The notes beneath the pieces were generated by a model that saw nothing but the letters and a program-made list of their open reading frames with translations, ran no database searches and was not told the origin of the DNA. A DNA stretch of 26,582 nt from an uncultured Oscillospiraceae bacterium (lineage in GTDB: Bacteria; Bacillota; Clostridia; Oscillospirales; Oscillospiraceae): assembly GCA_944383195.1 (NCBI GenBank), contig CALWOP010000177.1, forward strand, positions 122,390-148,971, in the 5' to 3' direction. Both the position numbers and the translations under genes were made by a program. Of the stretch, positions 1 through 11,100 are shown in pieces (the stretch's first letter is position 1; every line of letters starts with the position of its first letter).

Positions 1-64
1 CCTCAACGGCAACCAATGAAACATATCAGAAAGCTATTTACTTTCTTAAATGAGGAGGAAGCGC

Positions 65-1603
65 ATGAAGAGTAATTATGTAGATACAGCAGCTATTACT
101 CAAGTAATTGGATGCGTGCTTAATAATGCCTCTATTCTTGATGATACAGATAGATATATAATCCACGAAGATGATTTCCAAGAAGATTTTCATAAGATAG
201 TCTTTGGTAGTATATATAACATACATTTAACTGGCAGTCAAGTTAATATAGATGCAATTATAGACTATTTAGCAAATAGACCAAAGTTTGATGCAATATT
301 TAAGCAAAATAAAGGAGTCGAATATCTTCTTGAGGCTTCATAGAAGGCAAGGCAAGATACATTTAATTATTATTATAATAGATTAAAGAAGTTTACCTTG
401 CTAAGAGCGTATGATAATTTTGGTCTTGATGTTACTTATCTTTATGATCCAAATAATATTCTTGATACTCAGAAGCGACAAAAACAAGAAGATTGGTTAG
501 ATAATACAAGTTTAATAGAAATAGCTCATGCCATTGATATAAAAATAGATGAAATCAAGAGCAAATATATAGAGGATGATTTAGGGTTGGGGTATCAAGC
601 TGGCGATGGAATTGATGAGCTTATTAGCGATTTAGAGCAACATCCAGAAGTTGGTATTCCATTATATGGTCCCCTTATTAATACTGTAACAAGAGGAGCA
701 AGATTGCGAAAGTTTTATTTGCGGTCGGCCGCCACAGGAACGGGTAAGACGAGATCTATGATTGCAGATGCGTGCAATTTTGCGTGCAATGAAATCTACC
801 ATGAACAGTTTGGATGGATTAGAAACGGAACTTCTCAACCAACTTTATTTATAGCGACAGAGCAAGATAAGGGAGAAGTTCAAACAATGATGCTTGCTTT
901 TCTTTCTGCTGTAAATGAAGAGCATATCTTAAATGGTCAATATTTAGAGGGAGAAAAAGATCGGGTACTCAAGGCCGCAGACATAATTAAAAGAAGTCCA
1001 ATCTGGATTGAAGAATTACCAGACTTTTCTCTACAAGATGTAGAAAACAAGATTAAAAAGAATATTCGTGAGCATGAAGTGAAATACGTCTTATTTGATT
1101 ATCTTCAAACCTCTCTTAAAATCCTTGAAGAAATCAGTAAGAAATCTGGCGGAGTAAAGTTAAGAGAAGATAATATCTTGTTTATGTTATCCGCAAGACT
1201 TAAAGATTTAGCTAATAAATATGGTATTTTTATTATGTCTGCTACTCAATTAAATGCTGATTATCAAAATAGTGAAACTCCAGATCAAAATCTGTTGCGC
1301 GGCGCAAAAAGTATTGCAGATAGAATTGACGTTGGTATGATTCTACTTAGTGTTACAGATGAAGATTTAGTAAAGCTTGATCCTATATTAGATAGTAACA
1401 AGAATTTACTAAGACCAAATCTTAAATTATCAGTTTACAAAAATCGCCGTGGTTCATATAAAGGAGTATATTTATGGTGTTCAGCAGATCTCGGAACTTG
1501 TCGTATTTTACCACAGTTCTGTACTAATTGGAGACACGAGATGGTAAGTATTGAAGATATAAGAGTTATAGTTGATGAAGGTCCAGCTGCATGGGAGAAA
1601 TAA
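65..1603 (+). CDS. dnaB: DnaB-like replicative DNA helicase. One in-frame TAG at 341-343 is read through.
   Basis: The two track ORFs 50..343 and 398..1603 are in the same frame, separated only by a TAG. The N-terminal region resembles the DnaB N-domain (TAAITQVIGCVLNNASILDD...IDAIIDYL). Walker A motif is RSAATGTGKTR. The ATG at 65 is preceded by GGAGGA. Stop codon is TAA. Confidence 0.8.
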
Positions 1604-1729
1604 GCACAAATCTTGAAAAAGTAGATTAGGCTTTAAAGGAATTAGATATATCTCTCAAAAACCTAGATGGAACTTTTAAGCATATTAGTGATATTTTTAA
1701 TGAAATATCTAATAAATGGAGGAATCTTT

Positions 1730-1906
1730 ATGAAGAGCAATAACACACTTGAATATCGTATGAGTAAGAAAATGTTTAACTCTATTCTTTCTGGAAGAAG
1801 CGAAGAAGAGAAGAAACAAAACCCTAAAGATTATGTGGCTGGAGTAGTTAATGAACAGTTTGGACTTAAAGGAACTGTAACTAATATTTCTGTATATGAT
1901 GTTTAA
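1730..1906 (+). CDS. Hypothetical small protein (58 aa).
   Basis: ATG at 1730 is preceded by AATGGAGGAA. The ATG at 1667 is rejected because that N-terminus would be encoded across the RBS. Stop codon is TAA, abutting the primase start. Confidence 0.4.
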   Translation: MKSNNTLEYRMSKKMFNSILSGRSEEEKKQNPKDYVAGVVNEQFGLKGTVTNISVYDV

Positions 1907-1908
1907 TT

Positions 1909-3012
1909 ATGTCAAGATATTATGATAAAGATGAACTAAAAAGCAAGTTAGAATTAGAGCAAATATATGATTTAATAGAAGCATGGGGTGGTGAGCCTGA
2001 ATATGTAGATGGAGGGCTCATCTCCCAAACAATATGTCATAATCTTCCAGGAGAAGGATCAAGAAAGTTGTATTATTATGAGAATACGAAACTTTTTAGA
2101 TGCTATACCGGATGTATAGATCCAACTTTTGACATCTTTGACTTATGTATAAAAGTTAAGAAAAAACAAGAGGATAAAAAGTGGGAACTTTATGATGCTA
2201 TGGATTACATAGCAGGATATTTTGGATTCGATGGCGTAGAATTAAAAGACGAAGAAGAAAAATTAAAAGATTGGGATGTATTTAAGCGACATAATATTCA
2301 ACTGCCCAAGCCCAAAGAAATTATCCATTTAAAAGAATATAACCCTATTATTCTTACTCGTTTTTCTTATCCTAGAATTGCGGGATGGGAGGCTGAAGGA
2401 ATTTTACCCGAGGTAAATAGAAGAAACTTTATTGGGTATTATCCTGGTGGAGGATAGATAACAATTCCGCATTTTGACATAGATAATAGATTAGTTGGAA
2501 TTAGAGGAAGAACCTTATCTACTGATGATGCAGAGAGATATGGTAAATATAGACCTCTTATGGTAAATAGGCAACTATATAATCATCCATTAAGTATGAA
2601 TTTATATAATCTCAATCACAGCAAAGAAAATATAAAAAAGGTAAAAGCCGCAATTATATTCGAATCAGAGAAGAGCTGTCTCATGTATCAATCTTATTAT
2701 GGGTATGATAATGATATATCTGTAGCTTGCTGTGGAAGTAGTATATCTAGCTATCATATAGATTTACTTAAATCATTAGGTGTTAATGAAATTATAGTGG
2801 CTTTTGATAGACAGTTTGTTGAAATAAGCGATGATGAATTTAAACGATTAAAAGCTAAATTAATTCATATATATAACAAGTATAGTAAGAATGTTCGTAT
2901 ATCTGCTATATTTGATAAACGAATGATTCTTCCGTATAAAGCAAGTCCTATAGATGAAGGACCGCAAGTTTTTGAAAAATTATTAAATGAAAGAATTATC
3001 CCATATGAATAA
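1909..3012 (+). CDS. dnaG: DnaG-like DNA primase (zinc finger plus Toprim). One in-frame TAG at 2455-2457.
   Basis: CHC2 zinc-finger motif CHNLPGEG...FRCYTGC. Toprim-like IIFESEKS and AFDRQ follow. Track ORFs 1909..2457 and 2560..3012 are in the same frame and the sequence between them has no stops other than the TAG. Stop codon is TAA. Confidence 0.8.
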
Positions 3013-3032
3013 AATAAGGAGAGTGATAAAGA

Positions 3033-4784
3033 TTGGAATATTCATTAATTAGTCCACGAAATTAGGATTATACAGCGTTAGAATAGGTATTGATAAATAG
3101 AGGTATTAAATATGAAGATATACCTCATTATCTAACTGTATCAGAAAAAGATAATTTATCTCCTTTACTTCTTAATAATATTGAACGCGCTGTTTAGCTA
3201 ATTATTAAGCATATATTAAAAGACGATTCTTATATCTATATCTAGGTAGATAGCGATTGTGATGGATATACTTCTGCGGCTTTATTGCTAAACTATCTTC
3301 ATGCACAATTCCCTTCTGCAATAAACAAGTTTATTTATGGTTTTCATCAAGGTAAAATACATGGTATAAAACCAGAATTAATCCCCGATAAAGTTTCACT
3401 TGTTATTGCACCAGATTCTAGCTCTAATGATTATCAAGAGCATGAAGAATTAGTGAAAAAGGGAATTGATGTATTAGTTATTGACCATCACTTAGCTGAT
3501 AAAGTTTCTGAATATGCCTGTGTAGTGAATAATTAGTTATGTGATTATCCTACTAAGTCGCTATCTGGAGTTGGAGTTGTCTATAAGCTATGTCAATATA
3601 TGGATACTGCTTGCGGGACCGCCTATGCGGACGATTTTCTAGATATTGTCGGCGTAGGTCTCGTTGGAGATATGATGGATATTAGAGACTTTGAGACCCA
3701 TTATCTTGTACAGTAGGGGCTATAGAGGTCACATCTCCGCAATCCATTTATAAAAGGCATGGCTGAAAAGAATGTGTATTAGTTAGGTCGAGGAGATTTA
3801 ACTCCTATTGGAGTAGCGTTCTACATTGTTCCTCTTGTTAATGCAATTACTCGCGTAGGTACTCAAGATGAAAAACAAATTTTGTTTGAAAGTATGCTTG
3901 AATGGAAGGCATATGATCTTATTCCATCTACGAAAAGAGGCTGTAAAGGACAAGAAGAAACTAGATTAGAACAAGCATTGAGAGTTTGTACTAATGTAAA
4001 AAATCGTTAGACTAGAACTAGAGATGCCGAAGTTGAATAGATAGAAACTATTATTCAAGAAAATAATTTATTAGAGCATAAACTTTTAATTATTAAATTA
4101 GAAGATATGCAAGTAGATAGAGGTATTACTGGTTTAATAGCTAATGAGTTAATGAGTGAATATAAGCGTCCTGTTGTTCTTTTATCTAAAACAGTACATG
4201 AGGGACAAGATGCATGGGAAGGTTCAGCTAGAGGATATGAAAAATCTAAGATGAATGATTTTAGATAGTTTGTAAGAAATTCTGGCTTAGTCTTTCTTGC
4301 CGAAGGGCACGCTAACGCTTTTGGTTTTGGTATTTATGATAAAGATTTTGATGATTTTATTTCTTGGTCTGATGAACAATTAAAAGAGATAGAGTTTTCA
4401 CCAAGCTATAAAGTAGATTTTATTTACTCGGCGTCAAATGTTAGCTCTAAAGATATATTAGAATTAGGAGATGCCAAATATCTTTGGGGTTAGAATATTG
4501 ACGAACCACTGATCGCAGTGGAAAATGTTGCAGTAACAAATGATATGCTTAGCCTTATGGCTAAAGATAGGAATCCTACTTTGAAGATTCAATTACCTAA
4601 TGGAGTTACTTGCATCAAGTTTAAATCAAGCGAAGAGGAGCTAGATAATTTATCTAGTGAATTAGGTTGCGTGAGTATAAATTTGATTGGTAAGCCAGAA
4701 GTAAATAGATACTTCGGTAGTGTGACACCACAAATTATTATTACAGATTACGAAATTATAAGTAGATAGAAGTATTACTTTTAA
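3033..4784 (+). CDS. recJ: RecJ-like DHH/DHHA1 phosphoesterase (ssDNA exonuclease) carrying 13 in-frame TAG codons. Start is a putative TTG.
   Basis: Frame 3 is continuous from 3033 to TAA at 4782 if TAG is sense. Motifs span the TAGs: VLINRGI, ERAVQLI...VDSDCDGYTSAALL (DHH motif I-II), VLVIDHH (DHH), and EGHANAFGF (DHHA1 GGGH-like). AAGGAGAG lies 12 nt upstream of TTG 3033. No in-frame ATG is available, so the exact start is uncertain. Confidence 0.72.
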
Positions 4785-4823
4785 TGATTGCGCAACCTCT
4801 TACTAAAGGAGGAAACAATCACG

Positions 4824-5591
4824 ATGAAACGTTTTATAAGTATTATACTAAGTTTAATCATTCTATTATCTATGGTTTGTAGTTGTAATAGTCCATTTAT
4901 TGCTATTGCTTCTGCATATTCAGTACAGTATAATGATACTACGAGTTATACCTATGATGATTTAGATATATTGATTGAGCTTATTGCGGAACAAATCTCT
5001 AATATGAACGCCGCACATCAAATGGCCGACGCTGCTAGACAGTTAGGCTATTCAGAAGACCATGATATAATTAAACTTGCTGTGGAAGAATATAATAATG
5101 CTAATGAGATAAGGCAAGATTATCAGCGAGTATACGATGAACTCATGGAACATTGGCATCAAAAGGAAGAAGAGTACCCAGTAGCTACATATATATGGAG
5201 TTATTTTAAGGAATTAGGCTATAGTAATCAAGTTTGTGCTGGAATACTTGGTAATATAATGGCTGAAGTTGGTGGTAATACGCTAGACATACAATACGAT
5301 ATATATGGTTCTTCATATTATGGTATGTGTCAATGGAATAAAGCGTATTCTGAGGTTTGGGGAGCCTCACTAGAAGAGCAATGCAATTATTTAGAAGATA
5401 CTATTGAATATGAATTCGATACATTTGGTTATGCCTATAAGAGAGGGTTTGACTATAATGATTTTCTAAATATGACAAGTATAACTGATGCTGCTCTTGC
5501 ATTTGCTAAATGCTATGAAAGATGCGCATCTGGAAGTTATACAGTAAGACAAAATAATGCTATAACCGCATATAATTATTTTGTAAGTTAA
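4824..5591 (+). CDS. Secreted peptidoglycan-hydrolase-like protein (phage tail lysozyme family-like). No TAG.
   Basis: AAAGGAGGAA lies 8 nt before the ATG. The N-terminus looks like a signal peptide (MKRFISIILSLIILLSMVCSCNSPFIAIASA|YS, an AxA cleavage site). The AGILGNIMAEVGG motif resembles the GNxxxE(S) core of phage lysozyme-like domains. Stop codon is TAA. Confidence 0.5.
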   Translation: MKRFISIILSLIILLSMVCSCNSPFIAIASAYSVQYNDTTSYTYDDLDILIELIAEQISNMNAAHQMADAARQLGYSEDHDIIKLAVEEYNNANEIRQDYQRVYDELMEHWHQKEEEYPVATYIWSYFKELGYSNQVCAGILGNIMAEVGGNTLDIQYDIYGSSYYGMCQWNKAYSEVWGASLEEQCNYLEDTIEYEFDTFGYAYKRGFDYNDFLNMTSITDAALAFAKCYERCASGSYTVRQNNAITAYNYFVS

Positions 5592-5601
5592 AGTAAAATA
5601 T

Positions 5602-5637
5602 CTGCGGGCTGCCGGAACCTAGACGACCGTCCGCAGA
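5602..5637 (+). terminator. Stem-loop downstream of the lysozyme-like gene (TCTGCGG...CCGCAGA).
   Basis: A perfect 7-bp GC-rich stem with a 21-nt loop. A T-run (CTATTTTTTGG) appears only about 20 nt later, so this is a weak terminator candidate. Confidence 0.3.
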
Positions 5638-5674
5638 AACTAAAATAGGTTTAACTATTTTTTGGGGTAAAGGT

Positions 5675-5938
5675 ATGAGGAATTTAGACTTTTATAATAG
5701 AGCTTTAAAACAAACAGAAGGATTTCTAGACTCTATTGAAATAGATAAATATATAAAGAAACATAGAGATATTAGCGATATTATGGATAAGATAGAAGAG
5801 GATTACGGGTATTTCTTGGAAGATAATCCTATTTTTGAAGGATATGTTTTTAATTGGATGAGTCAAGAGGAATTTGTCGATTACTTAACAAATAAAGGGT
5901 ATCATATACGAGAAATACATAGCTATGAGGTATGGTAA
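5675..5938 (+). CDS. Hypothetical protein (87 aa).
   Basis: GGGGTAAAGGT precedes the ATG. The ORF is clean and ends in TAA. Confidence 0.5.
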   Translation: MRNLDFYNRALKQTEGFLDSIEIDKYIKKHRDISDIMDKIEEDYGYFLEDNPIFEGYVFNWMSQEEFVDYLTNKGYHIREIHSYEVW

Positions 5939-6132
5939 TGTATATATTATATGTAGATGTAGACAACTTATCTGTTGAAGAAATTCAACAAATATAGGAG
6001 AGTGTTAAGAAGTTTTTAAGAACTCCTTTACTAACTTTACCAATGAAATATACTAAATTAATTTCAATAGATAATGAGAAAATTAGAGGATATGGAGAAG
6101 ATATATATGGACGATATTATGAAGAATATTGA
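5938..6132 (+). CDS. Possible small ORF (64 aa) with one in-frame TAG. It overlaps its neighbours.
   Basis: Its ATG overlaps the preceding TAA (TAATG). The product reads MYILYVDVDNLSVEEIQQI(Q)ESVKKFL... and ends in TGA. It overlaps the next ORF by 26 nt. Confidence 0.25.
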
Positions 6133-6319
6133 AAAGAAAATTAAGGGTTACGGATATGACAGTCTTTGTTTAAGATATAATATAGCAAGAGATGCTCAAG
6201 CTAGATATGAAATGACCAATATTTATAGACATGATCCTGAGAAAGCTATGGATATTGCTAAAAGAGACAAACTTCGTTTTTATGAAATCCTTAATGATTT
6301 GATTGGAGAACACGATTAA
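6107..6319 (+). CDS. Hypothetical protein (70 aa).
   Basis: GGAGAAG lies 7 nt before ATG 6107. Its stop overlaps the start of the next gene (TTAATGG). Confidence 0.4.
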   Translation: MDDIMKNIEKKIKGYGYDSLCLRYNIARDAQARYEMTNIYRHDPEKAMDIAKRDKLRFYEILNDLIGEHD

Positions 6320-7500
6320 TGGAATTAACGCGTAAACAAGAGGAAGGATTGCGCATAGCTATTGATAGATATAATCATAATGAACCATATACTGTAATTG
6401 CTGGGTATGCGGGGACAGGGAAGAGTACCTTAATTAACTTCATTATAGCAGCTCTTGAAGTAAATCCAGAAGATGAAGTTGCGTACATTACTTTTACAGG
6501 AAAGGCTTCTGAAGTACTTCGAGAAAAAGGGTGCCCTAATGCTATGACCGCGCATAAACTACTGTACTACAGTAAGCAAATGCCAAATGGTAAATTCTTT
6601 TATCGTCCTCGCCCAAGTCTTGAAAAGGATTACAAAGTTATTGTTGTCGATGAAGTAAGTATGCTTCCTAAAGATATGTGGGATTTATTGCTTACTCATG
6701 GTATTTATGTAATTGCTTGCGGCGACCCCTTCCAAATCCCTCCTATTGACAAGAATCAAGATAATGGCATCTTGAATAATCCTCATATTTTTCTTGATGA
6801 AGTAATGAGACAAGCTAAAGAAAGTGATATTATCTGTCTTAGCATGGATATTCGAGAGGGCAAGAAAATTAATCCTTTTAAAGGAAATGATACGCAAGTT
6901 TTTAATAAGAAAGATCTTTGCGATGGGATGTATTTTTGGGCAGATCAAATCCTTGTTTCTACAAATAAAAGCAGGCATGACATAAATTCTTATATACGAG
7001 ATGATTTAGGGAGAGGATTTGAGCCAGAAATTAATGATAAAGTTATTTGTTTGCGGAATTGCTGGGATACGCTCTCTGAAAAGCAATGTGACCCTCTGAT
7101 CAATGGCTCAATCGGTACAATTAGTGCCATGCACATGGAATCTATTGATTATATTATAATGGGACAAAAGGTAACTGCTCCTGTTTTAGTTACCGATTTA
7201 ATTACTTCCAATGATGAATATAAAAATTTACATATTGATTATACTGCATTAACAACTGGAGAAAAATTTTTTACTCCAAGGCAAGAATATGTTATTAGAA
7301 AGAATAAACAAAATCCTGAACTACCTATTGAGTTCAATTTTGGCTATGCTATTACCGGCCATAGAGCACAAGGCTCTCAATGGAATAAAGTTTTAGTATT
7401 AGAAGAGTCTTTTCCGTTTGATAAAATTGAGCACGCTAGATGGTTATATACTACTGTGACAAGAGCTGCGGAAAAACTTACGTTGATTTTAAGAAATTAA
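6319..7500 (+). CDS. dda: SF1B DNA helicase (Dda/RecD-like). No TAG.
   Basis: Walker A is AGYAGTGKST and Walker B is VIVVDEVSM. The C-terminal motif YAITGHRAQGSQW is also present. Stop codon is TAA. Confidence 0.8.
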   Translation: MELTRKQEEGLRIAIDRYNHNEPYTVIAGYAGTGKSTLINFIIAALEVNPEDEVAYITFTGKASEVLREKGCPNAMTAHKLLYYSKQMPNGKFFYRPRPSLEKDYKVIVVDEVSMLPKDMWDLLLTHGIYVIACGDPFQIPPIDKNQDNGILNNPHIFLDEVMRQAKESDIICLSMDIREGKKINPFKGNDTQVFNKKDLCDGMYFWADQILVSTNKSRHDINSYIRDDLGRGFEPEINDKVICLRNCWDTLSEKQCDPLINGSIGTISAMHMESIDYIIMGQKVTAPVLVTDLITSNDEYKNLHIDYTALTTGEKFFTPRQEYVIRKNKQNPELPIEFNFGYAITGHRAQGSQWNKVLVLEESFPFDKIEHARWLYTTVTRAAEKLTLILRN

Positions 7501-7545
7501 TATGCTATAATTATTATATAGTAAAAATAAAAGGTTGTGATTTAT

Positions 7546-8172
7546 ATGTGGACCATATATAGACACATCAATAAAATAAATGGAAAGTCATATATAGGAA
7601 AAGCAAAAGATGTGAATGATAGATGGGCAAATAATGGTAGTAAATATAAAACTTGTCCAAGATTTTGGTCAGCTATTGTTCATTATGGTTGGGACAACTT
7701 TGAGCATACTATTTTAGAAGATAATATAGATGATAAAGAGGTAGATGAACGAGAAAAGTTCTATATTAAATATTACAATTCTCTATATCCGAATGGCTAT
7801 AATTTAGCAATGGGCGGTTCTGGAGGAAATACCTGGGCAGGAAAGACATAGGAAGAAAAATAGAAATTTTCAGAAGAAAGAAGAAATGAGACTTTATCTC
7901 GTGGGGAAGATTGGCATAAAAAATTGTCTCAGGCTCAATATAATAGATGGTCAAAGGTAGAAGAAAAAGAAAAAATGTCCAATAGGGTTTCTGGTGGGAA
8001 AAATCCAATGGCTAAAAGATGCTTGTGTGTAGAGACTGGAATTATCTATAATAGCTATGCTGATGCAGCAGAAGAGTGTGGTTATCCCAGAAGTTCTGGT
8101 TCAAAAATTGGGATGGTAATACGAGGATAGAAGAAAACTTTTGCAGGATTTCATTGGAGATAGATAGATTAA
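7546..8172 (+). CDS. Free-standing GIY-YIG homing endonuclease carrying 4 in-frame TAG codons.
   Basis: GIY-YIG core: IYRHINKINGKSYIGKAKDVNDRW. The C-terminus has NUMOD-like DNA-binding repeats (GGKNPMAKRCLCVETGIIYNSYADAAEECG) that also occur in the intron HEG. Frame 1 is continuous through the TAGs at 7849, 7861, 8128 and 8161, ending in TAA at 8170. AAAGG precedes ATG 7546. Confidence 0.72.
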
Positions 8173-8190
8173 TTGTAGGAGAGTGTAAGA

Positions 8191-11100
8191 ATGGGTTATT
8201 TTAATAATCATAGCCATACTATGTATAGTAATTTAAGACTACTTGACTGTATTAATCGCCCAGAAGAATTGATAGATAAAGCAATTGAACTTGGTCTTAC
8301 TGGTATAGGGATTACCGATCATGAATCGTTAAGCGCTCACATGGCAGTTAATAAATATGCAAAGAAAATTAAAGAATCTAATCCAGATTTTGTTATTGCC
8401 CTTGGTAATGAGATTTATTTAACTGATACGAGGGATTTAGGACAAAGATATTATCACTTTATTCTTCTTGCAAAAGATGAAATTGGTTATAGAGGATTAA
8501 AAGAATTATCATCTATTGCATGGATGAATGGATATTATGATCGTAGAATGGAAAGAGTTCCTTTGCTTAAATCTGAATTAAAAGATGTAATGCAAAGATT
8601 TAAGGGACATATTATAGGAACTACAGCTTGTATTGGCGGAGAACTTGGCAGCACAATTCTTAATTTAGAAAACTGTGAGAAGGTAAATGATATTACTAAC
8701 GCGCAGCGTTATCATAAGCAGATAGTTGATTTTATGACTTTCTGTATAGATGTATTCGGTCATGATGATTTCTATATTGAGTGCGCTCCCGCCGCTTATG
8801 AAGATCAAATTATTGCTAATAAGAGAATGTTAAAAATCTCTGAGGCTTTTGATGTAAATATGTGTATTGGGACTGATGCTCATTATTTAACAAAAGAAGA
8901 TAGGTATGTTCATAAGGCATATCTTAATTCTAAAGGCGGAGAACGAGAAGTTGATAGTTTTTATGAATTTACATATCTAATGACCGAAGATGAAACTAGA
9001 GAATTACTCCGTTTGAGCTTTGAAGAAGATATTATTGATTGGATTTTTAAATGCTCAAACGAGATTAAAGATAAAATACAATTCTACTCATTGGAAAGAC
9101 ATCAATCTATTCCAGAAGTAGAAGTTACAGATTATCCTGCTATAAGTTGGTGGGGCGTAAATAATGATATTGCAGATGAAATGGCAAAATATCCAATTTT
9201 AAAATCATTATTTACTTCTGATAATATTCAAGAAAGATATTGGATTAATGAATGTTGGAAAGCATTAGAAGATAAAGGGATTGATTGGATAAATGATCCT
9301 AGATACCCAGAACGGCTCGAAGAAGAAGCAAGAGTAAAGAGAGTAATCGGCGAAAAACTACAAACCTGTATGTTTGCATATCCGAATACTCTAAAACACT
9401 ACGTTGATTTATTCTGGAATTGCGGAAGTACGGTAGGTGCGGGGCGAGGCTCGGCTTGTGCAGCTTTAAATCATTATTTGTTGGGAATTACTCAACTAGA
9501 TCCAATTGAATGGGATCTTCCTTTCTGGCGTTATATTAATGATGAAAGAACTGAATTAGGAGATATTGATCTCGATCTTGCCCCTTCAAAAATTCAGAAA
9601 ATCTTTTCTGAGATTCGCAAAGAGCGTGGAGAATTAGGATTAGTACAAGTATGTACTTTTGGTACGGAAGGAACTAAATCTGCTATTTTGACCGCTTGTA
9701 GAGGTTATCGTTCAGAAGAATATCCAGATGGAATTGACGTTGACATGGCTCAATATATGAGTTCTTTAATTCCTCAAGAACGTGGATTTTTATGGCCTAT
9801 TGAAGATGTTATTAATGGTAATCCAGAAAAAGGACGCAAGCCTGTTACAGTATTTGTAAACACTGTAAATCAATATCCTGGGCTTCTTGATATTATTACA
9901 AGGATTCAAGGTCTAGTAAATAAACGTTCAAGCCATGCTTCTGGAGTTATTTTATTTGATGAAAACATCTTTGATACAGCAGCAGTAATGAGGACTCCTA
10001 AAGGAGCTTTAATTACCCAATGGGATTTGCATGACCAAGAAGCTGCTGGTTCTGTAAAATATGATTTCCTGCTTACCGCAGTTCAAGACATTATTATTCA
10101 AACTATTTCTCTATTACAAGAAGATGGAGTTATTGAGAAAGATTTAACATTACGAGAAGTCTATAATAAATACCTCCACCCATCTGTCCTCCCGCAAAAT
10201 GATAAGAAAATGTGGGATGCTCTTGCTAATGGCGATGTTCTTGGATGTTTCCAGTTTGATTCTAGTGTTGGTGCACAAGCAGCTAAAAAGATTAAACCTC
10301 AGAATCCACACGAAATGGCGGATGCTAACGGATTAATGCGTCTAATGACTCAAGAAAAAGGTGCAGAAACTCCAATGGAGAAATATGTCCGCTTCAAGAA
10401 TAATATTTCTCTTTGGTACAAAGAAATGGATCAACAGGGTTTAACTAAAGAAGAGCAAAAAATTCTTGAACCTCATTTCTTACGTTCTTATGGCGTTCCT
10501 CCTAGTCAAGAACAAATGATGACCATGCTTCAAGACCCAAATATTTGCGGATTTACGCTCGCTGAGGCGAACGCCGCAAGAAAAATAGTTGGTAAGAAGC
10601 AAATGAATAAAATTCCAGAGTTAAGAGAAAAAGTTCTTAATTCTGCAAAATCTTCTGCTCTTGGTCATTATGTATGGAATTATGGTATCGGACCTCAAAT
10701 GGGGTATAGTTTCTCGATTATCCATGCTCTTGCTTATAGTTTTATCGGTATGCAAACCTTATATTTAGCAACACATTTTAATCCTGTTTATTGGAATACA
10801 GCATATCTGATTGTAAATAGTGGAGCTATTGATGAAGAAGAAGGAGAACAATCTGACTATACCAAGATTGCTAAAGCCATTGGAGAAATCCGTAATGCAG
10901 GTATAAAAGTATCTCTAGTAGATATTAATCACTCTGACTTTGGATTTAAGCCAGATGTGGAGAATAATCAAATCTTGTTTGGATTAAAAGGACTAGCTAA
11001 TGTTAATAACGATTTTATTAAAGATATTATTGATAATAGACCTTATGTATCTCTGCTTGATTTTCTCAATAGAGTGCATCCAAATAAGCAAGCTATGATT

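Noticed and set aside
38-226. Short minus-strand ORFs that overlap plus-strand genes (38..226, 6685..6978, 7766..8008, 11713..12006, 12787..13035, 13324..13599, 15538..15759, 15844..16068, 16673..16894, 19043..19306, 24770..25270)
   Set aside because: They run antisense to well-supported genes (DnaB, Dda, HEG, DnaE, NrdD, NrdG, Ig-like). They have no RBS and their products are low-complexity and AT-codon-biased. They are the chance ORFs that AT-rich DNA produces.
1667-1729. ATG at 1667 as the start of the small ORF (79-aa version)
   Set aside because: Its hydrophobic N-terminus would be encoded across the AATGGAGGAA RBS that precedes the ATG at 1730. A TAG lies directly upstream, and there is no Shine-Dalgarno for 1667.
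3033-4784. Interpretation of the TAG-interrupted genes (RecJ-like, RuvC, gmk, HEGs and others) as pseudogenes or strings of small ORFs under the standard code
   Set aside because: Only TAG ever interrupts the reading frames; TAA and TGA never do. No frameshifts are required to join the pieces. Conserved motifs continue across the interruptions, and at two conserved positions the TAG sits where Gln is expected. Every gene still terminates at TAA or TGA.
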